From a phage, in assembly GCA_026188615.1 (NCBI GenBank), contig GCA_026188615.1_4525.1: a DNA stretch of 64,000 nt; one strand, written 5' to 3'. Under the pieces are notes generated by a model. It had not been told where the DNA came from. It did no database searches and saw only the letters and a program-made list of their open reading frames with translations. Position numbers and translations under genes: made by a program. Below are positions 30,552 to 40,642 of this stretch, one piece after another. The number at the start of each line of letters is the position of its first letter. Position 1 is the stretch's first letter.

Positions 30552-31361
30552 CTAGTCGTTGAACCTTGCTTTGCAATTGTCGCCGTGCCATCGTTTATAT
30601 GTTGATGGTGATAAATCTTTCTTATCACAATATGGACAATTCAATTGAATTCTATTTGGATTTAATTTACATCTGTCATTATGTTTTAGATAAAATCCAG
30701 GACCTTTACCAATGTGACCACAGAAATCACATGTGATTTCTTTTTGTGCAGGATGGGTCCCGTTCTTAACCATTTCTAATGTTTTTGCTGATGTTCTTTT
30801 CTTATGGTCTTCTGATAAGAAATGATGTGAACCGTCATTTACCCGTTTTGATTGAGTTTCTGACTGCATTTTACCACCGCAAAATACATGAGTACCTTCT
30901 TTTATAGCTGCAATATTGCGTTCTTTAACTTTTGCAATATGCTCAGCTTGTTGAAAATTATGTATACCTAATGCAACTCTATTTAAATTAGATTTACGCT
31001 GTATTTCACCGTCTAAAAGATGAAATGTACCATTTTCTATCTTAGATTTAATAGAGGCAATATTTTTAGCTCGTACTTCAGGGATATTAAAAATCTGGAT
31101 TTCTCTAGATTTTGCGGCTTTAGAAGCTAATTCAGAAATTTCTTCAGGAGAATATTTCATTCTAAGCTTTATAGCATGACAAGCCTGGTAATCTTTTTGA
31201 GCTAAATGTATATCATAATGTTCCTGTATAGAAAGGCACATCAAATTATCTAAATCATTATTTTCACGGTTACCGTCTTTATGATGGATTTCGTATGTTC
31301 TTCCATCAGAATCTTTAGGTATAGGTCCGTTAGCATCTATCCAAATTTTTCTATAGTTCAA
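30552..31361 (-). CDS. I-TevIII: Intron-encoded HNH homing endonuclease (I-TevIII-like), 269 aa
   Basis: HNH motif YEIHHKDGNRENNDLDNLMCLSIQEHYDIH and C-terminal Cys4 zinc fingers; apparent TTG start with SD GAGGA 7 nt upstream (the nearby ATG is out of frame). Confidence 0.75.
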   Translation of the reverse strand: MNYRKIWIDANGPIPKDSDGRTYEIHHKDGNRENNDLDNLMCLSIQEHYDIHLAQKDYQACHAIKLRMKYSPEEISELASKAAKSREIQIFNIPEVRAKNIASIKSKIENGTFHLLDGEIQRKSNLNRVALGIHNFQQAEHIAKVKERNIAAIKEGTHVFCGGKMQSETQSKRVNDGSHHFLSEDHKKRTSAKTLEMVKNGTHPAQKEITCDFCGHIGKGPGFYLKHNDRCKLNPNRIQLNCPYCDKKDLSPSTYKRWHGDNCKARFND

Positions 31362-31388
31362 TTGTGCATCCTCTTAAAAGTATAATCA

Positions 31389-31396
31389 TATTTATA
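31389..31396 (-). promoter_or_regulatory. Late promoter (TATAAATA on the minus strand) inside the intron, 28 bp upstream of the endonuclease ORF
   Basis: Plus strand reads TATTTATA. Confidence 0.45.
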
Positions 31397-31506
31397 TTAT
31401 ACTAATTAAAGGTGCAAGCAAAACCTTGGCTGCTAGTTTTCCTATAAAGGACTTTCCAGCAATTAAAGGAGTTTTCGATAAACGTTACCGTTTAAAGGCG
31501 CATTTT

Positions 31507-32182
31507 ACGCAAAAGATACATAAAAACGAATAGCTTCTAAGGCATTAATAACGTGCAAACAGAGGTAAAGAGACTTCATTAAAGCACGTTTAGCTTCGGC
31601 TTCTTGTTTAATAGCTCGGTTTAAACGAAAGTCGGCATCAGGAGATTCTTTAGCTAGTTCTACAAATTCCTTAGCGTTTTCCCAATAACGAGCTTTAACC
31701 AGAACATCATCATAATATCGTCCGATAGATTCGGCACGCTTCATAATAGCTTCATCTAATACAATCTCATCAAACACCTTCGATGGATCTGTATAAAGAT
31801 TTCGCATAATATGAGTATATGAACGAGAGTGAATAGTTTCACTGAAAGTCCATGTAGCAACCCATGTATCTAATGAAGGGTCTGAAAGCAATGACATAAG
31901 TACCGCAGATGGTGCTCTACCTTGGATAGAATCTAATAATGATTGATACTTAAGGTTGTTGGTAAAGATGTCCTGTTGGAACTGTGGAAGCTTATTAAAC
32001 TGGGCCGAATCCAACATCAAGTTTACTTCCTCGGGACGCCAGAAAAAACTTAGCTGCCGCTCAATGAGTTCTTCAAAAACTTTATGACGCTGAATATCAT
32101 AACGTGCGAGACCAAGACCAGAACCAAAGAACATTGGTTCGTTCAAAACATCGACTTGTTGTGTATTAAAAACTGTACTCAT
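31507..32182 (-). CDS. nrdB: Ribonucleotide reductase small subunit NrdB, exon 1
   Basis: 225 codons of NrdB N-terminus; ends at the 5' splice site after FYVSFA plus one nucleotide. Confidence 0.8.
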
Positions 32183-32877
32183 TTAGAATCCTTAAATTTA
32201 CATTTATCATAATGCCATCTTAGAGCATTGCCTTTATTAACTTTCTTGCCACAATGCGGACAAGGTGGATATTCAGTACTTTGCTTAGTTCTCAAAGAAA
32301 TCAAATCACGAGTTTCTTTAGTATGAGGAACATCTCTTGTTGGAGATATTGTACCATACATAGGATTAAGCACACCTAGTTTAGCTTTTGCTATATTCTT
32401 TTTGGCTTCATCTGATTTAGGTTTTCTCATCTTTTTCTTAGTTTCTTCACTTTTAGCCCTTCCTTTGGTTGCCGCCGATATTTTGTGCTTGGTTTCTTCT
32501 GTTAAATGTAGGCCTGTTTTCGCTTTTGAAATTTTCAGTCTTGTTTCTTCAGAAATGACCATACCTTTGCGAAATTGTGAATTTAACTTCTTTGCATGGG
32601 CATATATTTTAGAATGAACTTTATAATGTCGTTTCTTGGTTCCTTTCATATTGCACATCATGAAAAATGCGAATATAACAGATTTTATCGGATAAATCTT
32701 TGATAAAATAGCATGTGCTATAAAATGCTCTCTAGCTGTTAATTCAACTAAATTTTCTTTATCATCAGAACCTCCTAAACATCTAGGAACTATATGATGA
32801 GTCTCTTTATATTCGGATAAAGGTTCCCGAGCCTTAGCCCGGGAAATTAGGTCGTTATAGATTTTTTGATAATTCAT
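32179..32877 (-). CDS. mobE: Free-standing HNH homing endonuclease (MobE-like)
   Basis: 232 aa; HNH motif HHIVPRCLGGSDDKENLVELTAREHFIAH, repeated basic NUMOD3-like segments, C-terminal CPHCGKK...WHYDKC zinc finger; start overlaps nrdA stop (TAATG) and stop overlaps nrdB start (ATGA). Confidence 0.7.
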   Translation of the reverse strand: MNYQKIYNDLISRAKAREPLSEYKETHHIVPRCLGGSDDKENLVELTAREHFIAHAILSKIYPIKSVIFAFFMMCNMKGTKKRHYKVHSKIYAHAKKLNSQFRKGMVISEETRLKISKAKTGLHLTEETKHKISAATKGRAKSEETKKKMRKPKSDEAKKNIAKAKLGVLNPMYGTISPTRDVPHTKETRDLISLRTKQSTEYPPCPHCGKKVNKGNALRWHYDKCKFKDSK

Positions 32878-35132
32878 TACAATTTACAAGCAGAACAATC
32901 TTCAGCTTTAGGTGTTTCTAATTCATAGTCGTCTGTACCAGACCCATCACGAGTGTTATGATAGTAGAGGTTTTTTCCGCCAAAGTACCAGAAGTAAAGC
33001 AGATCGTCAAGCATTACAGACATTGGCACTTTACCTTTCTCAAATACTGCAGGGTCATAGTAAGTATTAGCAGAAGCAGATTGGCACACCCATTTCAACA
33101 TGATAGCAACTTGGGTCAAATAAGGTTTATTACCTTTCTTAGCAAGTTTCCACGCGTAGTCGTAAAGACTCATGTTATGTTCTATATTAGGAACAACCTG
33201 TCGGAAGTTGCCTTCTTTAGATTCTTTAATACTTACTGGACCGCGTGGGGGCTCAATCCCGTTTGTAGAGTTCGATACTTGACTGCTTGACTCACAAGGC
33301 ATGAGTGCAGACAACGTTGAGTTACGAATTCCATGTTCTTTGAGTTCAGCTCGAAGTTCTTCCCAGTCACAGACGTAGTTCGGGGCCGCGATTTGGTCAA
33401 TCTTTTTATTGTACCAGTCGATAGGTAATTCGCCTCTAGACCATTTAGTGTCTGAATAATACTCGCAAGGTCCTTTTTCTTTGGCGAGTTTGATTGAAGC
33501 TTTGATAAGGCCATATTGCAATCTCTCAAACAATTCATGAGTCAAATCGTTAGCATCTTCATATGAAGCAAAGTTAGAAGCTAACCATGCAGCATAGTTC
33601 GTCACACCAACGCCGAGGTTTCGACGCTTTTTAGCTTTTAAAGCTTCTGGAACAGGATAATCTTGATAGTCTAACAGGTTATCAAGTGCACGTACTTGTA
33701 CTTCAGCAAGTTCATTAATTTTATCTTGGTCTTGCCAATCAAATTTATCTAATACAAAAGCAGATAATGTGCATAAACCAATTTCAGCGTCAGGACCATT
33801 CACATCATTAGTTGGAATAGCGATTTCACAACATAAGTTACTCTGACGAATTGGAGCTTTTTCACGAATAAACGGAGTGTAGTTATTCGTGTTATCAACA
33901 AACTGTGGATAAATTCGAGCAGTACCAGAACGTTCAGTCATGAACAATTCAAAGAGTTCTAGTGCTTTGATTCTTTTCTTTCTGATTGTTGGGTCTTTTT
34001 CAGCTTTCTCATAAAGCTCACGGAATTTATCTTGATCTTCAAAGAACGAGTAGTATAGTTCGCCTGACATTTCGTGAGGGCTAAATAAAGTAATATAATC
34101 ATTTTTACCAAGGCGTTCCATCATAAGGTCATTAATCTGAATTCCGTAGTCCATATGTCGAATACGGTTTTCATCCACGCCTTTGTTATTTTTCAGAACT
34201 AATAGGTTCTCTACTTCTAAGTGCCACATCGGATAATACGCTGTAGCAGCACCACCACGAATACCACCTTGAGAACAAGATTTTACTGCAGTTTGGAAAT
34301 GTTTCCAGAATGGAATAACACCTGTATGTCGAACTTCACCCATACCGATCTTAGAACCTTCTGCACGAAGCATGCCAACGTTGATACCGATACCAGCTCG
34401 TTTAGAAATATATTCAATAATTGATGCTGAAGTTTTGTTAATAGATTTTAACGAATCACCGGCTTCAATAACTACACAACTAGAGAACTGGCGAGTCGGA
34501 GTACGAGCACCTGCCATAATTGGGGTTGGCAATGAAACTTGATGAGTAGAAACAGCATCATAAAAACGAATAATATGTTTCAAACGGTCATGAGTTTCGT
34601 CTTGATGTAAGGCCATACCAATAGCCATGATAGCAAACTGGGGAGTTTCATAAATCTTACCAGTTGTTTTATCTTTAACTAGGTATTTTTCTTTAAGCTG
34701 CATAGCACCAGCATAAGTCAGGTCAAAGTCTCGTTCATGTTTAATCTGTGAATCGAGATAAATGATTTCTTCTGCTGAATATTGAGACAACAGCTCAGGG
34801 TCATATTTGCCTTCATTAACACAGTAAGAAATATGGTCGATAAAAGCAGGCGGTTCAAACTGCCCATATACATCTTTACGAAGTGCAAACATTAGCCCTT
34901 TGGCGGCGACATACTGATAATCGGGTTCTTCGACAGAAATCAAGTTAGCTGCAACTTTAATACAAATCTTCTGGATATCTTTGGTGCTCATCCCATCGTC
35001 AAGATGGGTCTTAATTTCTTCGTACAATTCATATGGGTCGATTTGTGTTCCTTCACATTGCCAAGTTAATACTTGAATAATTTTCTGTGCATCAAAATTT
35101 TGGGATACCCCACTGCTCTTAGTTACTTGCAT
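32877..35132 (-). CDS. nrdA: Ribonucleotide reductase large subunit NrdA
   Basis: 751 aa; ATP-cone N-terminus and active-site blocks (NLCCEIA, PCESSSQVSN); colinear with T4 NrdA. Confidence 0.9.
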   Translation of the reverse strand: MQVTKSSGVSQNFDAQKIIQVLTWQCEGTQIDPYELYEEIKTHLDDGMSTKDIQKICIKVAANLISVEEPDYQYVAAKGLMFALRKDVYGQFEPPAFIDHISYCVNEGKYDPELLSQYSAEEIIYLDSQIKHERDFDLTYAGAMQLKEKYLVKDKTTGKIYETPQFAIMAIGMALHQDETHDRLKHIIRFYDAVSTHQVSLPTPIMAGARTPTRQFSSCVVIEAGDSLKSINKTSASIIEYISKRAGIGINVGMLRAEGSKIGMGEVRHTGVIPFWKHFQTAVKSCSQGGIRGGAATAYYPMWHLEVENLLVLKNNKGVDENRIRHMDYGIQINDLMMERLGKNDYITLFSPHEMSGELYYSFFEDQDKFRELYEKAEKDPTIRKKRIKALELFELFMTERSGTARIYPQFVDNTNNYTPFIREKAPIRQSNLCCEIAIPTNDVNGPDAEIGLCTLSAFVLDKFDWQDQDKINELAEVQVRALDNLLDYQDYPVPEALKAKKRRNLGVGVTNYAAWLASNFASYEDANDLTHELFERLQYGLIKASIKLAKEKGPCEYYSDTKWSRGELPIDWYNKKIDQIAAPNYVCDWEELRAELKEHGIRNSTLSALMPCESSSQVSNSTNGIEPPRGPVSIKESKEGNFRQVVPNIEHNMSLYDYAWKLAKKGNKPYLTQVAIMLKWVCQSASANTYYDPAVFEKGKVPMSVMLDDLLYFWYFGGKNLYYHNTRDGSGTDDYELETPKAEDCSACKL

Positions 35133-35219
35133 ATATTCCTCAGTATAGGTTGATAGACATTACTCCAAACGGGATAGTATTTATCCCGTTAATTTATTAT
35201 ACACTTTTAAACTGAAGCG

Positions 35220-35474
35220 TTAATTATTCTTAGCAATAATTTCTTTGTATTCTTTAGGAGTCAAGACCGTAATATCGAAATAAACCAATGGTTCTTTTTC
35301 CGTACCGTAACCACCACAAAATTCACGATATTCATAAATTCGTTCATGTGAATAACAAACGAATCGTTCACCTTTAACTGTGATTTCACTATTTGGTGAA
35401 GGGATATCTAGTTCGGTAGGATTTTTCATTTCAAAAATTGTGGTGCCATATGAATTAATAAAACGTAAAATCAT
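35220..35474 (-). CDS. Hypothetical protein, 84 aa
   Basis: ORF in track. Confidence 0.45.
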   Translation of the reverse strand: MILRFINSYGTTIFEMKNPTELDIPSPNSEITVKGERFVCYSHERIYEYREFCGGYGTEKEPLVYFDITVLTPKEYKEIIAKNN

Positions 35475-35475
35475 T

Positions 35476-36336
35476 TTATACCGCCATTTTAGCTTTGATA
35501 GCTGGATGTGATTCGTAATTTTTAAGAACGAAATCAGAATGTGTCATCGTTCCAGTAACCCAGTCCATTTGGATTTTTGTAGGCCAATTCTCAAAATTAC
35601 TAGGCCAATTAATTTCAAGAGAACACAACTCTTTAGGTTCACGACGAAGAACTTCTTTGCATTGTTCTACATGATTGCTGTAGATATGCGTGTTGCCGCC
35701 TGAGAACACTAAATCACCCGGGATAAGGTTACACATCTTCGCTACAATATGCGTCAAGGCGGCGTACGAGGCGATGTTGAACGGCAAGCCCAAGAAAACA
35801 TCTACACTGCGTTGATACCATTGTAAATCAAGATGTCCATTACGCACATTAAATTGATAGAACATATGACAAGGAGGAAGAGCCATTTGGTCAATTTCGG
35901 CAGGGTTCCATGCAGAAACTATTTGACGACGGTCAGTTGGTAATTTTTTAATACGGTTGATTGTTTCAACCAATTGGTCCACACCACCAAAATCTCGCCA
36001 TTGCTTACCATAAATAGGACCAAGTTCGCCACTATGATAACCAAGGTCTTTTGCCTGATTTTCATAGTTGTCGTCCCAAATAGTTTTGCCTTCAATTAGA
36101 CTACCATGAGTACGAATACGCAAATCATTAACATTGGTAGAACCAGACATGAACCACAGTAGTTCGGCAATACAAGCTTTCCATGCTAATTTCTTAGTTG
36201 TTACTGCAGGGAATCCTTTAGTCAGGTCCCAACGTAATTTAGTTCCGAACAGGGCAATTGTTCCTGTGCCTGTACGGTCGTCTGTTTCATAGCCGTTTTC
36301 AAGGATATTTTTAATTAAATCTTGATATTGTTTCAT
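35476..36336 (-). CDS. td: Thymidylate synthase, uninterrupted (no intron)
   Basis: 286 aa continuous ORF; active-site region ALPPCHMFYQF; full length equals T4 Td, so no intron is present. Confidence 0.9.
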   Translation of the reverse strand: MKQYQDLIKNILENGYETDDRTGTGTIALFGTKLRWDLTKGFPAVTTKKLAWKACIAELLWFMSGSTNVNDLRIRTHGSLIEGKTIWDDNYENQAKDLGYHSGELGPIYGKQWRDFGGVDQLVETINRIKKLPTDRRQIVSAWNPAEIDQMALPPCHMFYQFNVRNGHLDLQWYQRSVDVFLGLPFNIASYAALTHIVAKMCNLIPGDLVFSGGNTHIYSNHVEQCKEVLRREPKELCSLEINWPSNFENWPTKIQMDWVTGTMTHSDFVLKNYESHPAIKAKMAV

Positions 36337-36349
36337 TTAGCACCTATAA

Positions 36350-37307
<958 letters not shown>

Positions 37308-37589
37308 TCAAAACCCCTTTTCAATAAACCATTCAGTGGCTTTATTAGCGTCAAAGAATAACTCTTCATATGTCTTTTCTTTGTTTTCAAAAACTGTCAC
37401 ACAAACACGTTGACATTCTCCACAGTATTCTTCTGACATACTCAAAGCGTCAGAAAACATTTCATTAAATTCACTTAAATCGGGATTATGCAATGCGTTA
37501 AAAATTGCATAATCGAATTCGTCATTCATAAATTCAAATACAAAAATCATATTATTTTTCCTCAAACAGACTTTTTCACAATTTTCCAA
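37308..37589 (-). CDS. Hypothetical protein, 93 aa
   Basis: ORF in track. Confidence 0.4.
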   Translation of the reverse strand: MENCEKVCLRKNNMIFVFEFMNDEFDYAIFNALHNPDLSEFNEMFSDALSMSEEYCGECQRVCVTVFENKEKTYEELFFDANKATEWFIEKGF

Positions 37590-37804
37590 TCAGCTTTAAA
37601 CGATTCAACATCAGAGTGGTGAATCCAGAACCCTGCACTTTCACCATCTTCATAGAGTGGACATCCATCGCATTCATCTTCCCAACCCATATCGCGTAAA
37701 AGATGTTCAGCTTTTTCAACAAGTTCAGCGTCTTTACCGACGATGTTGAAGTACCATTTACCTCTAACTTCAGAATCTTTGATGCTCTGGCGTTGCAATC
37801 TCAT
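37562..37804 (-). CDS. Hypothetical protein, 80 aa
   Basis: ORF in track; first gene after an early-promoter cassette. Confidence 0.4.
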   Translation of the reverse strand: MRLQRQSIKDSEVRGKWYFNIVGKDAELVEKAEHLLRDMGWEDECDGCPLYEDGESAGFWIHHSDVESFKADWKIVKKSV

Positions 37805-37839
37805 TTTATTCTCCGCTTCACTTTTGATTTGATAGGGCT

Positions 37840-37869
37840 ACTATAACATAGCCCTATCTTGTTATAAAC
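37840..37869 (-). promoter_or_regulatory. Early-promoter cassette with perfect 10-bp inverted repeat (gatagggcta / tagccctatc) around the -10
   Basis: Minus strand GTTTAT, 18 bp, TATAGT. Confidence 0.45.
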
Positions 37870-38255
37870 TACTTTTTAAAAGTTTTTTGCAAAAGTTCGA
37901 TTATTTCGTCGACGTTGGTTTCATCTACGATACAATGGATTTTTGTTACACCTAAAGTTATACCTTCGTTAGTAGGTTGAGGCTTTACTAAATCTACCTC
38001 AGTAAAGTATTTGAATTCTTCAGAGTAAATCTCAAAATACGTCTCAAGTGGGCCACCAGCCGTGTATTCAGTGCCATCTTCCATAGTTACACGTACCACA
38101 CATTCACCAGCGCAATCATCACTTTCCATTTCATCTACAACAAAACTAGGTCCGTGCTTCTCTATTAAATTTAGCATCATTACATTGCAACGGCACTCGT
38201 TAGCAAAGTCATTTTTAAATAAAGGGTTAATGATATAAGTTTTTCCGATTTCCAT
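37869..38255 (-). CDS. Hypothetical protein, 128 aa
   Basis: ORF in track. Confidence 0.45.
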   Translation of the reverse strand: MEIGKTYIINPLFKNDFANECRCNVMMLNLIEKHGPSFVVDEMESDDCAGECVVRVTMEDGTEYTAGGPLETYFEIYSEEFKYFTEVDLVKPQPTNEGITLGVTKIHCIVDETNVDEIIELLQKTFKK

Positions 38256-38284
38256 TTTGATTTCCTCATGTTGTTGATATGTCT

Positions 38285-38313
38285 ATACTAACACATCCAG
38301 GGAAGAAGTAAAC
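38285..38313 (-). promoter_or_regulatory. Early-promoter cassette
   Basis: Minus strand GTTTAC, 17 bp, TAGTAT. Confidence 0.45.
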
Positions 38314-38338
38314 AACTTTTTCGGCAATTTACAGATAC

Positions 38339-38362
38339 TCAAAAGGGAGACCGAAGTCTCCC
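38339..38362 (-). terminator. Intrinsic terminator downstream of gene 32 (gggagac-UUCG-gtctccc plus U-run)
   Basis: Same hairpin sequence as at 21247..21264. Confidence 0.6.
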
Positions 38363-38368
38363 AATTTA

Positions 38369-39271
38369 TTATAGACCGGCTAACAGGTCATCGAGGTCAC
38401 CATCATCAGAGGACGAGGTAGAACTCATGAAGTCATCTTCAGTTTTTGCAGAACTAAAGGCTTCCATGTCTTTATCGAAATCGTCAAGGTCAGAAGCAAC
38501 TTTATCTGCAACAGAAGCTGCTGCGGCTGCTGCACCACCAAGAGCGGCAGTACCAAGAACCTTAGCGAAAGATTCATTTAATTTTTCAAAGGATTTGAAC
38601 TGGTCTTTAGCCGTCAAAGTAGTAAGGTCTACCATCTGGTCATATAGTTCTTTCTGGAATGCTTCGTCATTAATACGAGGAATTTCAGATTGACCCAAGA
38701 ATTTAGATTCGTCATAGTTGCTAAAACCTGAAACCTGCTTAGCTTTCAGAACAAAGTTAGCACCTTCAAACGGACAAGTAACATCAACTGGAGTTTCACC
38801 CATTTCGGTATCAACAGCAATCATTGCATTGATTTTGTCCCAAATCTTTTTACCGAAACGATATTTAAATACTTTACCTTCGTTATCTGGAGCTTGAGGG
38901 TCTTTAACAACCAGAATATTAGCCCAATAAGAAGTTTTACGTTTCAGTTGAGAATATTCAGCTTTGTTGGTATTGTACAGGTCATTTTTACTAATGTACT
39001 GACATACAGGACAAGAGTCGTAATCACCATGTGTAGAAGAGCAATTTTCAATATACCATTTACCATTTTTCTTGAAACCGTGGTTAACAAGAATTGCAAA
39101 TGGTAGTGCATCATCAGTTTTTGCTGGCAAGAAACGAATTACCGCTTGACCATTACCAGATGCATCTAGCTTCAGCTTCCATTCGCCTTTATCTTCTGAA
39201 GAGAAACCTTTGTTACCATTCAGTTTAGCCATTTGAGCAGCGAGGTCTGCGGTACTTTTACGTTTAAACAT
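38369..39271 (-). CDS. 32: gp32 single-stranded DNA-binding protein
   Basis: 300 aa; zinc-binding H/CxxC region ([21 protein letters not shown]), acidic C-terminal tail; colinear with T4 gp32. Confidence 0.9.
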   Translation of the reverse strand: MFKRKSTADLAAQMAKLNGNKGFSSEDKGEWKLKLDASGNGQAVIRFLPAKTDDALPFAILVNHGFKKNGKWYIENCSSTHGDYDSCPVCQYISKNDLYNTNKAEYSQLKRKTSYWANILVVKDPQAPDNEGKVFKYRFGKKIWDKINAMIAVDTEMGETPVDVTCPFEGANFVLKAKQVSGFSNYDESKFLGQSEIPRINDEAFQKELYDQMVDLTTLTAKDQFKSFEKLNESFAKVLGTAALGGAAAAAASVADKVASDLDDFDKDMEAFSSAKTEDDFMSSTSSSDDGDLDDLLAGL

Positions 39272-39345
39272 TTTATTTGCCTTTATTTAGATTATTAATT
39301 AAATTTTACAGTTGGTTGCTACGACACTTATACCTCGTAGCTGGT
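39272..39345 (-). promoter_or_regulatory. Gene 32 mRNA leader: A/U-rich unstructured segment plus upstream hairpin (autoregulatory translational operator candidate)
   Basis: Minus strand hairpin GCUACGA-(10 nt)-UCGUAGC at 39318..39341, then AACCAACUG and an A/U-rich tract with repeated UUAAA/UAAA before the ATG. Confidence 0.5.
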
Positions 39346-39351
39346 ATGTTT

Positions 39352-39359
39352 TATTTATA
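39352..39359 (-). promoter_or_regulatory. Late promoter (TATAAATA on the minus strand) upstream of the gene 32 leader
   Basis: Plus strand reads TATTTATA. Confidence 0.45.
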
Positions 39360-39388
39360 CGGTAATTCTAACACAGATAAAATAAAGC

Positions 39389-40042
39389 TTAATACTTACA
39401 TGATTTGATTGTTTCTATGAACAATTTCTTAGCAGCATTTACATCGATTTGAAGTATTTTTCGATATGCCTTTAATTTGGTAGAATAATTTTGCCAGACT
39501 AAGTTATCGGTGAGTTCGTCGTGCTTATCTATAATATTCAAAAACGAGTCCAACAATAAGAAAGTCTCAAATGAAATTATATTGCTTTGTAGCAATTTAA
39601 ATATGTAGCTCGACTGAACTTTATTATTATAATCAAATATCTCTTGAAGCGCACTAACTTCCACTTTCTTACTGAAATAGTAGATGTTACGTACATCTTC
39701 AGCAAACGTCTCCTTGGCTTGTTTGAGACGTCCAATATATTCCCTATAGAAAACTAATGCATCAGCGTCTGATATCTCACCAATCCATGCATCTTGGTTA
39801 GCAACTAAGTTGCTTATGAATATCAAGGTGAGTTCCTTTAATTTATATTTCTCTGCTAGTTTTTCAAAGAAATATTTATCTCGGCGTTTTTGATACGCAT
39901 TATCCGAAACACGCATGCACCAGTTATATTTGATTACGTCATACCGACCATTAAAATGTTGTTTGCACATCAAGTATAGTTTGTATACCGATTTTCCGTT
40001 AATATAACGTTCTCCATCAGGAGGCATGCGTATTTTAATCAT
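39389..40042 (-). CDS. 59: gp59 helicase loader
   Basis: 217 aa; near-colinear with T4 gp59. Confidence 0.85.
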   Translation of the reverse strand: MIKIRMPPDGERYINGKSVYKLYLMCKQHFNGRYDVIKYNWCMRVSDNAYQKRRDKYFFEKLAEKYKLKELTLIFISNLVANQDAWIGEISDADALVFYREYIGRLKQAKETFAEDVRNIYYFSKKVEVSALQEIFDYNNKVQSSYIFKLLQSNIISFETFLLLDSFLNIIDKHDELTDNLVWQNYSTKLKAYRKILQIDVNAAKKLFIETIKSCKY

Positions 40043-40377
40043 AATAAGAAATCTAACGTATTAGTTTTTTCACCACGAGCAACTGATGGGCGAAGCATGT
40101 TTTCGTCAATTGCTTCGCTTGTAATTTTTTCAACAATTCCTGTAGGAATAAATTTAGCAAATTGTGTTTCTGGAATAGAATTTTCTTCCAAGAAAGCAGT
40201 TGTTGCTTCTAAATAAGACATACCAAATTGTTCAACCATGGATTCGATAATGAATCCGTTTTCTTGTCGGTCAAGCAATTTAGCGATATCATCTTTATCG
40301 TGTTTTACTGCTAATTCTTGTTCAGATAAACCGGCCTCATCAACCGGTTTAATATCACTTAGTGAAAACTGTGTCAT
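40039..40377 (-). CDS. 33: gp33 late-transcription co-activator
   Basis: 112 aa; conserved C-terminus (KTNTLDFLL). Confidence 0.85.
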   Translation of the reverse strand: MTQFSLSDIKPVDEAGLSEQELAVKHDKDDIAKLLDRQENGFIIESMVEQFGMSYLEATTAFLEENSIPETQFAKFIPTGIVEKITSEAIDENMLRPSVARGEKTNTLDFLL

Positions 40378-40642
40378 AAAGCTCGACTACCTCTTCGTTT
40401 TCAGCTTCAAATTGATCACGAGCGTCTTTATGATAAAGAGCTAACAAACGATTAAACATTTTTCCATCGACACCAAGCTCTTCTTTAGCACGAGTACGAA
40501 TGTCTTTAATCAGTTCATTATAACCAGAAATTTTAAGTTTGTTATCGGAAGCTTCCTTGACTAGTTTAGCCAGTTCTTCACCGTGCACATCTTGATTAAA
40601 TTCAACTGCTTCTTTCTTAGCCATGTTTACCTCAGAATTCAT
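40355..40642 (-). CDS. dsbA: DsbA-like double-stranded DNA-binding protein
   Basis: 95 aa; position between genes 33 and rnh as in T4. Confidence 0.6.
   Translation of the reverse strand: MNSEVNMAKKEAVEFNQDVHGEELAKLVKEASDNKLKISGYNELIKDIRTRAKEELGVDGKMFNRLLALYHKDARDQFEAENEEVVELYDTVFTK

Larger units (their letters stand above)
30417..31506 (-). mobile_element. Group I self-splicing intron (1090 bp) in nrdB, carrying an HNH homing endonuclease ORF
   Basis: Exon 1 ends in U; the intron begins AAAAUGCGCC with GCGC able to pair with exon GCGU (P1); the 3' part carries a core resembling the T4 td intron (GUAGGGUCAAG.GACUCGAAA ... AUAUAGUCUG..CUGCAUGGU.ACAUGCAGC) and ends ...GAACAUACG with terminal G. 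Confidence 0.8.
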
